Below are positions 50,992 through 62,830 of a stretch of DNA of 64,000 nucleotides, piece after piece. The position numbers were made by a program, and so were the translations under genes. How positions within the stretch are numbered: position 1 is the stretch's first letter; every line of letters begins with the position of its first letter. The DNA lies in assembly GCF_006345805.1 (NCBI RefSeq), contig NC_043007.1, positions 72,912,001-72,976,000 of the forward strand, in the 5' to 3' direction. The stretch is from Octopus sinensis. Its lineage: Eukaryota. The notes under the pieces were generated by a model. The model saw only the letters and a list, made by a program, of their open reading frames with translations, was not told the DNA's origin and made no database searches.

Positions 50992-51729
50992 CTGAAAAAA
51001 AAAAAATAATAAAGTTGGCCTATAAATAGATTCTCTGAACATTTTTCATAATAAATCTATAATTTTCAAAGATTTGAAACCTGGTGTAACTATAAAATAG
51101 AATTTTAAAATATGCCAATTATTCTGGTCTCATTAAATTTGGTGAAATGATTTATATTTTACTGAATTCAATGGTTAAAATTAGTTTTAGTCAAGATAAA
51201 AATCAGTAATTTAATAGTTGAAATAACAAAAAAATAAAAATAAAACAAAATGGATTTTTCTAGTAATAGTATTGATATGCCCAAAACAATCATTCTTTAC
51301 ATAATTACATCATGTAAAGCAAAATAGCCACAAACTAATTTTCTTTGTTTTGTTTTAAAGCCAGAACTAGATCCGTTAGAGAAATGGGAAAAAAATTTGA
51401 ATACTAAGTTTTATGGCTAAAATTCACTGAAAATAATAAGAATGTGTAGAGTGACAAGACAAGGGAGTGTATTGAAGCAAAGTTACATTTATTACAGATA
51501 TTACAAAATAGTTAACATCAATATAGTCAAAAATAATTTACCAGGACAAATCAGTTAAACAATGCAATGGAATAAGTTTTATATCATTGAGTTTGACTAA
51601 AAACTAATTAATGGGTAATATGAATGAAGATAATGAAATAAAGATTAGAAAAAGAAGAAATATTTTCTCTAATTATTATTGAAGATTAGAGGAATTTTAA
51701 AAACACTGAAATTGTGAAATTTGACAAAC

Positions 51730-51884
51730 CTCGGAAGCCACCGCTTTTAAATGGGGTAAATTCATATGAAAAATTGATACTTTATATCTTTTTATATCAC
51801 ACTTTGAAGGTCCTTCTTTAAAATTCACAATAATGTTGTTCCCTTTTTTTTGATAACGAATAGGAGTTGTCCATTCACGACATG
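51730..51884 (-). CDS. IL-17 receptor-like protein, FnIII-like ectodomain exon (155 nt, phase 1-0)
   Basis: Acceptor ccctttacttttgcag, donor gtttgt; CREWTTPIRYQKKGNNIIVNFKEGPSKCDIKRYKVSIFHMNLPHLKAVASE. Confidence 0.8.
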
Positions 51885-53371
51885 CTGCAAAAGTAAAGGG
51901 AAACCATTTATGTGAACATAAACATTACACTGATAGTAAATGTTAAAGTAGGCCAAGGTTGACAAAATTTAAGCAGGAAAGAAAATATTTAAGGTTACAA
52001 TTTTCATGTCAACATTTGAATGATTGTTGTTCCCACAATGTTACAAGAGAGATTCCCACCAACAAGCTTCAATACTTTTATTGCTGAATTTCATCTTTAA
52101 CATTAAAGATGACCATGTCCCCTTAAATGTCAGAAACTTGCAGTAGAAATGTTTGTGAATGTCTAGACTCAATAACAGCAGAAAGATGTCCTTCTTCCTA
52201 TTAATATAATTCTGTGCAATTAAATAGGAGTTAAGAATCAGCTTCAATGCACTTCCATAGAATATACATCAATATTAGTAAATACATGTGAATACCAAAA
52301 TTACTTACTGCATAAGGTGGTGAGCTGGAAGAATTCTGATAAAAAAAAGTACCAGTTAAGGATTGAGATCAATGTAATCGACTTACTCTTTCAACCAAAC
52401 TTGCAGACTTTGTGGCAATATTTGAAACCAATAATACTGGCTACATATGTAGTCCAGTTACAAATCAATATTAAAATATAGAAATAAAAAATGTTAACCT
52501 TCCATTTTCACATTATCATCAATGCCGTTTACCACCTCATTCATCCTACAGCTTCTATGCTTTTGGAACACTCACTTACACAGTAAATTAGATCAACTAG
52601 GTTTTTTGAGCATTTAAAAGACTTACATAAGCTCTATCTGCAAACTCTTCCTGTGCATACAAAGTCTACCTTCTCTGTAAGCCAGTGACCTCACTTACAC
52701 TTGTTTTATGTCCATAATTTACATTGGGTGTGCTATATGAAATTTCTACCTATTCAGTTTTTTGCAAAACTATCATTTTCCTGATGGTATCAGAGTCTGT
52801 TTTCCCTTCTTACTAAAATCTTAGTCTGCTGCTGGCTTTTGCAGTATCATCATCATTATCTTCTTGCACATCTCGTCTTTATTGACATTTATCATTATCA
52901 ACAACATTCATAATTTTACCTGTGTATATTAGAATCTTGTTGATCCTCCTCACTTCTATGTCAATTACTTTTCTCATCAAAAATATTAAATTTACTAACA
53001 CTTTTTGTCAATATTTCTGATTCTACCATTTATTCTACCACTGAATGGCTACTCTTTAAGATACAAGGAAATGTGATAATTCTTCTTTACACATACTTAC
53101 TTTAAATCTGTTGTTGATGTTAGTCTTCTCTAACATCTGATATAAAATATTAAAATACTTGTAAAATATGCGTAGTCAAAATGTTGTGCAGTATATTAGC
53201 TCATTCCCTCCATCACATATACAATGCATATACCGGTGCCACACATCAGATGTCAAAGTAATTGCAGAGTAACATGAGATGAAGTATTTTTTCTCAAGAT
53301 CACAATGTGCAACCTGGCAATTCGGAAATATCCAATGTCAAGAATATGAAATTCTTTTTTTTATCTTTTCA

Positions 53372-53800
53372 TCTAGTTTCAGCTCAGGAGCTGTGGACAT
53401 GCTGGGGCACCACCATTTGGTGTTGCTACATGATTTTACTTCATGAATGCTTTTTAGCAATTGACATTTGGTGCATGAGAGAGTTTGATGCAGCTGCACT
53501 CATTTGCACCTCCTCTCACGAAGTTGGTTCATCTGGGACACCTGACAGGAAGAGGTCCTAATTTATTTTGAAGACACCTACATCCACCCCATCCAGGTCT
53601 CTCAGGTCCTTTGGGAGAATATTGAAGAGCTGTGGACCTCTGAAGCCCAGGCTATTGCAGTATCTTGTCCTACATCTTGATAGAAAATTTGGAGTCCTTA
53701 GCACTAAGCAGTGGAGCCCAGTTCTTGTATTTATATAACCCTCGATGTCAAAGTTTGGGACAAGTCCTTCCAGGATCTTCCAGATGTATATTATGTAAAA
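53372..53800 (-). mobile_element. 3' fragment of the same CR1/L2-like family as 8010-10760
   Basis: IIYIWKILEGLVPNF...RCRTRYCNSLGFRGPQLFNILP and the same 3' tail. Confidence 0.9.
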
Positions 53801-53824
53801 TTTATTTAAATGCATTCATCTGAA

Positions 53825-53827
53825 TAT

Positions 53828-53876
<49 letters not shown>

Positions 53877-54003
53877 AAAACATATATATATATACATACA
53901 TAAAAACATATATATATACATACATAAAAACATATATATATATACATACATAAAAACATATATATATACATACATAAAAACATATATATATATATATATT
54001 ATA

Positions 54004-54050
<47 letters not shown>

Positions 54051-54127
54051 ATATATATATATATACATATATTATATATATATATATCTATATATATATA
54101 CATATATATACATATATATATATATAC

Positions 54128-54158
<31 letters not shown>

Positions 54159-54161
54159 CAC

Positions 54162-54208
<47 letters not shown>

Positions 54209-54212
54209 ATAC

Positions 54213-54261
<49 letters not shown>

Positions 54262-54266
54262 CATAT

Positions 54267-54300
<34 letters not shown>

Positions 54301-54311
54301 CATATATATAC

Positions 54312-54342
<31 letters not shown>

Positions 54343-54651
54343 ATACATATATATACATATATATATATATATCTATATATATATATATACAATATATACA
54401 TATATATAATACATATACATATATATACATATATACATATATACACATATATATATATATACATATACTATATATATATATACACATATTATATATACAC
54501 ATATATATATATACATATATATATATACAAAGATATATATATATATATATATATAGATATACACATATATATATATATATACATATATTATATATATATA
54601 TATATATATACACATATATATATATACACATATATATACATATATATATAT

Positions 54652-54724
<73 letters not shown>

Positions 54725-54928
54725 CACATATATATATACATATATATATATATACACATATATATATACATATATATATATACACATATATACACATATA
54801 TATACATATATATATATATACACATATATATATACATATATATATATATACATATGTATATATACATATGTATATATACATATATATATATACATACATA
54901 TATATATACATATATATACATATATACA
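53825..54928. repeat. Long compound (TA)n/(TACA)n microsatellite
   Basis: Directly visible. Similar tracts at 7815-8010, 10760-10935, 19420-19710, 55325-55745 and 56150-56485 produce the YI-rich ORFs. Confidence 0.98.
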
Positions 54929-55323
54929 GGCGCAGGAGTGGCTGTGTGGGAAGTAGCTTGCTAACCAACCACATGGTTCTGGGTTCAGTCCCACTGCGTG
55001 GCACCTTCGGCAAGTGTCTTCAGCTATAGCCCCAGCTGACCAATGCCTTGTGAGTGGATTTGGTAGACGGAAACTGAAAGAAGCCTGTCGTATATATGTA
55101 TATATATGTGTGTGTGTCTGTGTGTTTCTATGTCTGTGTTTGTCCACCTAGTATTGCTTGACAACCGATGCTGGTGTGTTTACGTCCCCGTCACCTAGCG
55201 GTTCGGCAAAAGAGACCGATAGAATAAGTACTGGGCTTACAAAGAATAAATCCCAGGGTCGATTTGCTCGACTAAAGGCGGTGCTCCAGCATGGCTGCAG
55301 TCAAATGACTGAAACAAGTAAAA
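54929..55323 (+). mobile_element. Full-length tRNA-derived CORE-type SINE
   Basis: Same family as 46698-47112. Confidence 0.9.
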
Positions 55324-55467
55324 GATATATACATATATACATAATATATATACATATATATATATACATATATACATATATACATATATATATATACATA
55401 TATATAGATACATATATATATATATACATATATATATATACATATATATATATACATATATATATAT

Positions 55468-55514
<47 letters not shown>

Positions 55515-55564
55515 TATATATACATTATATATATATACATATATATATACATATATATATATAC

Positions 55565-55633
<69 letters not shown>

Positions 55634-55658
55634 CATATATTATATATATATATATATT

Positions 55659-55692
<34 letters not shown>

Positions 55693-55955
55693 AATTATAT
55701 ATATATATATAATACATATACATATATTATATATACATATATATAAATAATTGAGTAGTTGAATGAATTATCTTATTATGGATAATTCGGTTAACCGATA
55801 CCTGGGTAGCAAATTCACGTCAGAGAAACACGGTTGAAGCTACATGCCTAGGGCAGAAATCACGTGCTATCGTGTGGAAATTTGTGTGTTTTTTTAAATA
55901 CAAATAAATGAAAGAATGGAGTTGAACGATGAATTAACAAAATTACTTTATTTTA

Positions 55956-56039
55956 TTTTCGACATATGTTTCGAAGGCTGCATATTCCTAATTTCGAAGG
56001 AAAAAGGGGTGCATTATGCCGCCTTCTCATCAGGAAAAA
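55956..56039 (-). ncRNA. Type I hammerhead ribozyme fold (Penelope-associated minimal type)
   Basis: UUUUC / CUGAUGA / GAAGGCGGCAUA...UAUGCAGCCUUC / GAAAC-AUAU-GUC / GAAAA; GUC site between 55961 and 55960. Confidence 0.8.
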
Positions 56040-56179
56040 CAAGGAACTTATTCCTTCGAAATTAGGAATATGCAGCCTTCGAAATATATGTCGAAAATAA
56101 AATAAAAGAATTTTGTTAATTCGTCGTTCAACTCCATTCTTTCATTTATTTGTATATATATATATACATATACATATAC

Positions 56180-56229
<50 letters not shown>

Positions 56230-56356
56230 ATACATATACATATATATATATATTACATATACATATACATATATATATACATATATATATATATATACAT
56301 ATATAATATACATATACATATATAATATACATATACATATACATACATATGCATAC

Positions 56357-56400
<44 letters not shown>

Positions 56401-56420
56401 CATATATATATATATACATA

Positions 56421-56484
<64 letters not shown>

Positions 56485-57278
56485 TGTTATATTTCGGAAT
56501 GGTCATTTTGCCAGTTTAGCCAATAAAAACACACGCACTATATATTTGGTGTTATTTTGCTTCAGTGTTATTTATTTTTTACACTAATCTTAATCTTATT
56601 TCGGCCAGAGTTCTTTCATCACACTCCTGTGACTGCATCAGTGGTCCATTGATTTCTTCTTTCTTATTTGTGTCTCTCCTTACTAACCCTCAGCCATTTT
56701 GTATTTCTATTGTATGTCTTCATTTGCGCATGCTTATATCTCTATGTGCGTCTATGTTTATTTAGTGTGTAGGTGGGATGCCTGTAATATTTGTATCTTC
56801 TGTTTATATACGTTCATGTAATTTGTTTTTGTTGTTGTTGTTTTTGTTTATTCTTATTTTGTTCATGTGTTTACATCCACTTATTATTATCATTACATAT
56901 GCTTGTATGTATGTATAACAACAATACTAGTAATAATAATAATAAATTTTTAAAAACTTATATAAATAACTATATAAGTTTTTTTTATTATTATTATTAT
57001 TACTAGTATTGTTGTTATACATACATACACTAGTATTGTTGTTATACATACATGGCATGGCTCGTGAAGGAACATTTTTTTTTTTTTTAAAGGTTCTCTG
57101 TCCCAATGAGTTTCGAAGATAATAGTTTATGACTAGATTGCTGATGTAAAATAATTTAAAAAATGATAAATTCTATGTTTCTTTCAAGATTGTAAAAGAA
57201 ATAAGGTGCATTAATAAAGATAAATATGATTCTAATATAGCTTTGCAATCTGAAAGGTAATTTAATAAAAATACTTAC

Positions 57279-57294
57279 ATACTTCCGCCTGTGT
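57279..57294 (-). CDS. Candidate micro-exon of the IL-17 receptor-like gene (16 nt)
   Basis: Acceptor ccctctctttttccttttcag, donor gtaagt; TQAEV+t joins in frame to exon 51884. Confidence 0.45.
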
Positions 57295-57789
57295 CTGAAA
57301 AGGAAAAAGAGAGGGATTTAAAAAAAATATTTCATTCTTAGGGAATTTAATTTCAATGTTGTCGTTTTAAACTAGTTTTGAGTAATCCATATTGAAGTTA
57401 ACTTATAATAAGAGATCAAGCTCATGTCAATCCCATCTTTTATTTAGACATATCTAGAACAAAATTACTCATTGTGATCTTCCACTTTAAAGACACTACA
57501 GTATGATTTCAGCAAGATTTTGATGCTAATTTTAACTGTTTCAGCAATCATATAATTTTGTGTTAGTTTCATGAAAGTAAAATATATGGGCGCAAGAAAA
57601 TCTCATACCACTAAGTTTTGCATATTCTTTTATTCTTTTACTTGTTTCAGTCATTCAACTGCAGCCATGCTGGAGCACCACCTTTAAGTCAAACAAATTG
57701 ACTCCAGGGCTTATTCTTTGGAAGCCTAGTACTTATTCAATCGGTTCCTTTTGCTGAAATGCTAAGTTACGGGTACATAAATGCACCAG

Positions 57790-60140
57790 CAAAGGAGTGA
57801 AGTGAGAAGAATAATCCCTCCTTAAGGTGAAGACGGGAGTCCTGATGGCCCCTGTACAAGGACAATCCAAACACAGACTGGTGTTGTAAAGAGTGACCAC
57901 TAGAGCAGACATGATGCAAGACCGGGGTGTTGTTGCCAAGTTGGATGTCTCGGAGATGTTCTGCAAACCGGTCAGCCAAGCAGTGTCTTCTTTGACCGAT
58001 GTATAGAGAAGGTCAGAGTGAGCAGGAGATACAGTTGCTAGAAGTGCAGGGGAAGGAGTTAGTGCTATGATAGAGTCAATGATGGGTGCCTGTGAGGAGG
58101 GTGGTGTTGGAGAGGTGAGGGCAAGTGTGGCAGTGTGGGTGGGAGCAGGGGAACGACCTGGGTTGGGAGGTTGGGCTAGGGAAGAAGCTGCGAACCAAGA
58201 GGTCTCGTAGGTTGTGGGCTCATTTGAAGGAGGGGAGGGTTGGTGAGGGAAGATGTGCAAAGTGGAGGGGTCGGACTGGAGTTGCCGGAAGGCTTGGAGA
58301 ATGGTGCATTGGAGAGGTTGGATGGTGGGGTGGTAGGTGAAGGGAAATGGGAGACAGGTGATGGCAGAGTGGGTGCAGTGGAGAGAACAGATGCATGGTC
58401 CACAGAACGTGCTCTGGCAAAGGCAGTGTGGATAGTAGTGAAGGTATATCCACGTAGAATGAAGTGGCGAGCCATGAGTTGAGACTAAGTCTCAAAGTCA
58501 TGGTTGTCACTGCAGAGCTTGTGTAGATGGAGGAATTGGGAATAGGGGATGGAGAGCTTGGTGTGTTTAGGGTAGGAGGAGAAGTTGAGGTATGAGTCTG
58601 AGTCTGTGTGTTTATAGTGAATAGGGTTGGTGAGAGTGGAGTGATGAATGCTGACTGAAATGTTGAGAAAGGTAACTGAGGTGTCAGAAATTGTGCAGGA
58701 GAAGCGGAGGGCAGGCTGGAAAGATTTGACAAAAGAGAAGAAAGAGTCTAGATGTTCGCAGGAGAGTAAGGTCGTACTGATACAGTTGTCAATATAACGA
58801 CTGTATAGTTCAGGAGTGGAACCAGTAAAACTTGAGAATATTTGGGCTTCAACATAGCCAGCGAACAGGTTCACATAGTTGGGGCCCATTCTCATTCCCA
58901 TGGCCACTCCCAAGACCTACTGGTAAAAATTACCCACGAACCTGAAGCAGTTAGGTGAGAGGACAAGTTTGGTCAGAGGAAGGAGTGTGGATGTGTCAGG
59001 TTGGGGGTTCAGTCGAAGGTCAAGGAAATGTTGGAGTGCACGCAGCCCCTCGTGGTGAGGGACCACCATGTAGAGAGTCTTGATATCAAGAGTGAAGAGA
59101 AGTTTAGAGGGGCTAGGAGGGAAGGGGAAAGAGTTGAACAAACGAAGATCATGGCTGGTGTCATGGAGGGAAGCTTCTAGGAAGGCAAGGACACAGTCAA
59201 GATATCTGGAGATGAGTTTGGCAGGGCAGTTGCAGGTGGAGATGATGGAGCGGCCAGGGTTGTTAGGTTTGTGGATTTGGAGGAGGAAGTAAATTGTTGG
59301 AGCACAAGGGATGTGGACAATGAGGTTAGAGGCAGTGGGGGGGGAGATGTTGGGGATGCTTGGAAAAGTCAAACTGGTCCACAGCATACTGGCAGGGGCT
59401 CGCAAAAAGATTGACTGCTTGGAACTGGCCAGGAGCTGGCGTCCACTCGAATGGTTGGCGGTCCAGGCTGGTGAAGCAGCCCTCCTCATTAGATGCAGGT
59501 GGTGTGTCGTGGAAAAGTGCACAAAGCTGTGGATATCAGCATGAGTCCAAAATTCGTTGCTGGATGGAGTGAGGGGGATGAAGCGAAGACCCCTACTGAG
59601 GAGGGAGTGCTCCACCTCAGAGAGGGGAAGATCTGAAAGAATGGTAACAACAGACTGAAGTGGAGAAGGGGTGGATGGGACAGAAGCAGGAGGGGTGGGT
59701 GGGGTGGAAGGTTGGGAAGGAGGGTATGTGAGTAGGGGTTGGAAGGGACGGGAAGTTTGGTGAGGATGAGGGATTGTAACAGGGAGGGAGAGGGGTAAAG
59801 GAGGAGTTGGGGTAGTGGCATCAGGTGTGATGGAATGGAGGAGTGGAGCTTGCATTGTTTAGTGTGAGTGAGAAATTGATGAAAGAGATGATTTAAATGA
59901 ATTATGCAAAGTAGTGTTAGCACAGGAGGTTGACTGAGAGGAGAAGAAGATGGTTAAAGACAGAGGGAGAAGGCGGTCGATGGTGTGTATTTTGGAGAGA
60001 TTAGAACGAATGGAGGTGCACATAAGGTGGTAGGATGTAGTACAAAGTAAGGGTAGGATGGTTGAAGCAGAGTAGAGAGTATGGTGGAAATGAAGGCGGA
60101 AACCTTTAGGGATGAGGCAGTGACTGAGAAAGGAAAGGTG
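57790..60140 (-). mobile_element. Decayed Penelope-like element (RT + GIY-YIG endonuclease)
   Basis: FTLDIKTLY, GVAMGMRMGPNYVNLF, YSRYIDNC, and C-terminal LYIGQ...ADRFAEHLRDI...PVLHH. Confidence 0.85.
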
Positions 60141-61512
60141 GCTACAGAAGCATGTTTTTTTTTTTAAATTAGTAGGGAAAGGTTAATAGAAGGTTGAAAG
60201 CAGTGGAAAGGAAGTGCAGAAAGGTGTTTCTTTAGGCAGTGGTGGAAATGGAGGAAGAAAGGTTTGTAATCGGGCATGTTTGAAAAACGAGAAGAGGAAA
60301 GGAGAAAAAGGGGGGAAAGGGGGGAGAGAGAAAGGCAAATAAAGACGTGAGGAAGAAAAATTCAAAAGGTGTGGGGAGAAAAAAATATAGGAGGTGGGAG
60401 GAGAAAAAATAAAAACAAGCAAAGAAAGGAGGAAGAAGGAAGAAACAAAGAGAAAGGGGAAGAAAGGGAGAAGAGAAGACAAAAGGGACAAGGAAAGGGA
60501 GGGAGAGAGAGGCAAGGTAACAAGTGCAGATTGAGAGAAATGACAATAGGAAAAATCAGAAAGTACAAAAATGTTTAGAAAAGTTCAAAAGGTTCAAATG
60601 CCTTGGTGTATTGGAGCGATTTCTCATCAAAGTAAGAGTCCAGTGTAATCCATGGGTAGAAGAGGTGCAGCCAAAGTATAGGAGTCTGAGTGTAGGAGAA
60701 AGTCCAGGTGGAGAATCCAGGCAGAATAGTCCAAGAAAAGTTCGAAGGAGGTGGAGACAGGATAAAACTCGTGCAACCATGTGAGCGTGTAATATATAGT
60801 GAGAATTTACAAAAAAACAACAACAAAAGACAAAGACAGGTGTGTAAACAACAAACAGTATATATATGCATATATACATTTATCTCTTATGATAAAAGGC
60901 AGATTTTCTGTGCCTCCCACATAGTTTGTTTTTAATACAATTCTACAATGTAGAATTTCTTCAATTGGAATTTACCTATGATTTTTCGAAGTAGATTCGA
61001 TTGGGTCATAGCATGTAAATTTTTTTTCAATTTCACCCCCAATTCAGCAAAAATTTGAGAAAACTCAATATTTTACGATTTGCCTCTCTCATTCTAAATG
61101 CTTTACTCCTGCTATTACCACACTTTCTCCTACTTTCTGTTTGCAAGTGTATACCACTATCAAATCCTCTTTCTGCAACTCTAATTCAACATCACACATT
61201 CTGCTACTTTCTCTTATTAATGCTTAAACCAATCCTCAAAAAAAGATAAAAGGAAACACAGATCTGTCGCTAACTTTTGGTAGTATTCATTGGTGAGCGT
61301 ACTTCAGTTGTAAATTGTTGAAAGAAAGAAATTGTAAGCTAAGAAGGTGTGTGTGTGTATGTGTGCGTGCGTGTGTGCGTGCGTGTGTGTGTGTGTGTGT
61401 GTGAGAGAGTGTGTGTGTGTAGGAAGTGAAGGATAAAAATATGGCAAGAAGTGGACAGATGTACATATATACATACATACATACATGCGTGTGTGTGTAT
61501 GTATGTGTGTTA

Positions 61513-61903
61513 TCTCTCTCTATATAAAGCTGAAGTTGTCTGTGTGCGGCAGGTTTGGTAGCCTTCAACGAACACTATCTCTCCGAGACCCTGCGGCGCA
61601 AGTTGACCAAAATTGAGAGTATGATAGAAGAAGAGTTACTCTTCCTTCCGTAGTAGATAAAATTCAACTCGGACCATGTTAACACCAAAAATTATTTACA
61701 TCAAAAAGGTGCTTTTTTTCTATGAAAATCCCTATTTTTTACGATTTTTTCACTGCTGTGTCGCCACTTTGCGGTGTATTTCAACCAGAAAAATGTTCAC
61801 TTAAAGAGAATAACAAGCTACATAATGCAAAATTTTTACTTTCCAAAAATTCCAATTCCAGCGGGTCGAAACAAACCCGAGCAACGCCGGGCAATACTGC
61901 TAG
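61513..61903 (+). mobile_element. Non-autonomous Helitron-like element, second subfamily
   Basis: A|TC start, same CCCGAGCAACGCCGGG hairpin and CTAG|T end as the other two copies, but a different internal body. Confidence 0.78.
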
Positions 61904-61989
61904 TATATATATATATATATACATATATATGTACATATATACATTATACATATATATGTACATATATACATTATACATATATATGTACT

Positions 61990-62700
61990 ATATCTTCTAG
62001 GAACATTTCCAGTGACTTCATAGTTGTCCTTAAGCTGTCCTTAAACAATTTTTTAGGTTTATGCCGTTAGCATTTCCCCTCTGCAAGCTCACCATAAAAC
62101 AGCTGTTTCAGCATGCGTTCATCTGCCATTCAAACAATATGGCCACACCATCTCAACTGGTTCCTCAAAATCATAGCTTTAATAGAGGTGATGCTTACAG
62201 ATGCAAGGACATCTGTCTTTGGAGTAAAAGAACTCCATTTAATTTTTTAAATGTGATGAAGGCATTTTTGGTGAAATTGTTCTAGCAATTTAAAATGCCT
62301 TTCATAACAAGTCCAAGTTTCACAGGATTACAACAGGGATGGTAAGACAAATGATTTGTAAAGAGCCAGCTTTATATTCTAATTTATGTCACTGGCACCA
62401 AACACATGACTCCAAGCCACCAAATGTTTTTGCTGCCCTTTGAATTTGCAGCTGTATTTCTGTATCAAGATTTCCATTATTTTGAACAGAGCTTCCAAGG
62501 CAGATGAACGGATCGACAACCTCAAATAACATTCCTGGGGGGTTACAAACAGCACTACATGCAGGTTAATGTATTACAACTGGTTTTTTTTCAAGTTGAT
62601 GGTCAAGCCAAAATCTTCACAAGCCGAGTCAAATGCAGATACAAGAGATTGCAGAATGACTGACAAGATCGCAATCATGAGCGCACAAAAGTTCCCTGAG
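61990..62700 (-). mobile_element. RTE-BovB-like LINE 3' RT fragment
   Basis: ELLCAHDC, FDSACEDFGLTINLKK, QLRWCGHIV and DERMLKQLFYGEL. Confidence 0.8.
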
Positions 62701-62730
62701 TGTACATATACATATATATATATATACACA

Positions 62731-62830
62731 NNNNNNNNNNNNNNNNNNNNNNNNNNNNNNNNNNNNNNNNNNNNNNNNNNNNNNNNNNNNNNNNNNNNNN
62801 NNNNNNNNNNNNNNNNNNNNNNNNNNNNNN
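62731..62830. other. Assembly gap (100 N)
   Basis: Run of N. Confidence 1.

Noticed and set aside
53101-53136. 36-nt exon candidate (MLEKTNINNRFK) with good splice signals
   Set aside because: Open only in phase 0-0, which cannot join the phase-1 exon at 51884; no bridging exon found.
53802-56587. Long YI/IY-rich ORFs (also 7742-8109, 10701-11036, 19350-19759)
   Set aside because: Translations of (TA)n microsatellites.
58220-59923. P/S-rich long ORFs
   Set aside because: Alternative frames of the decayed Penelope element.
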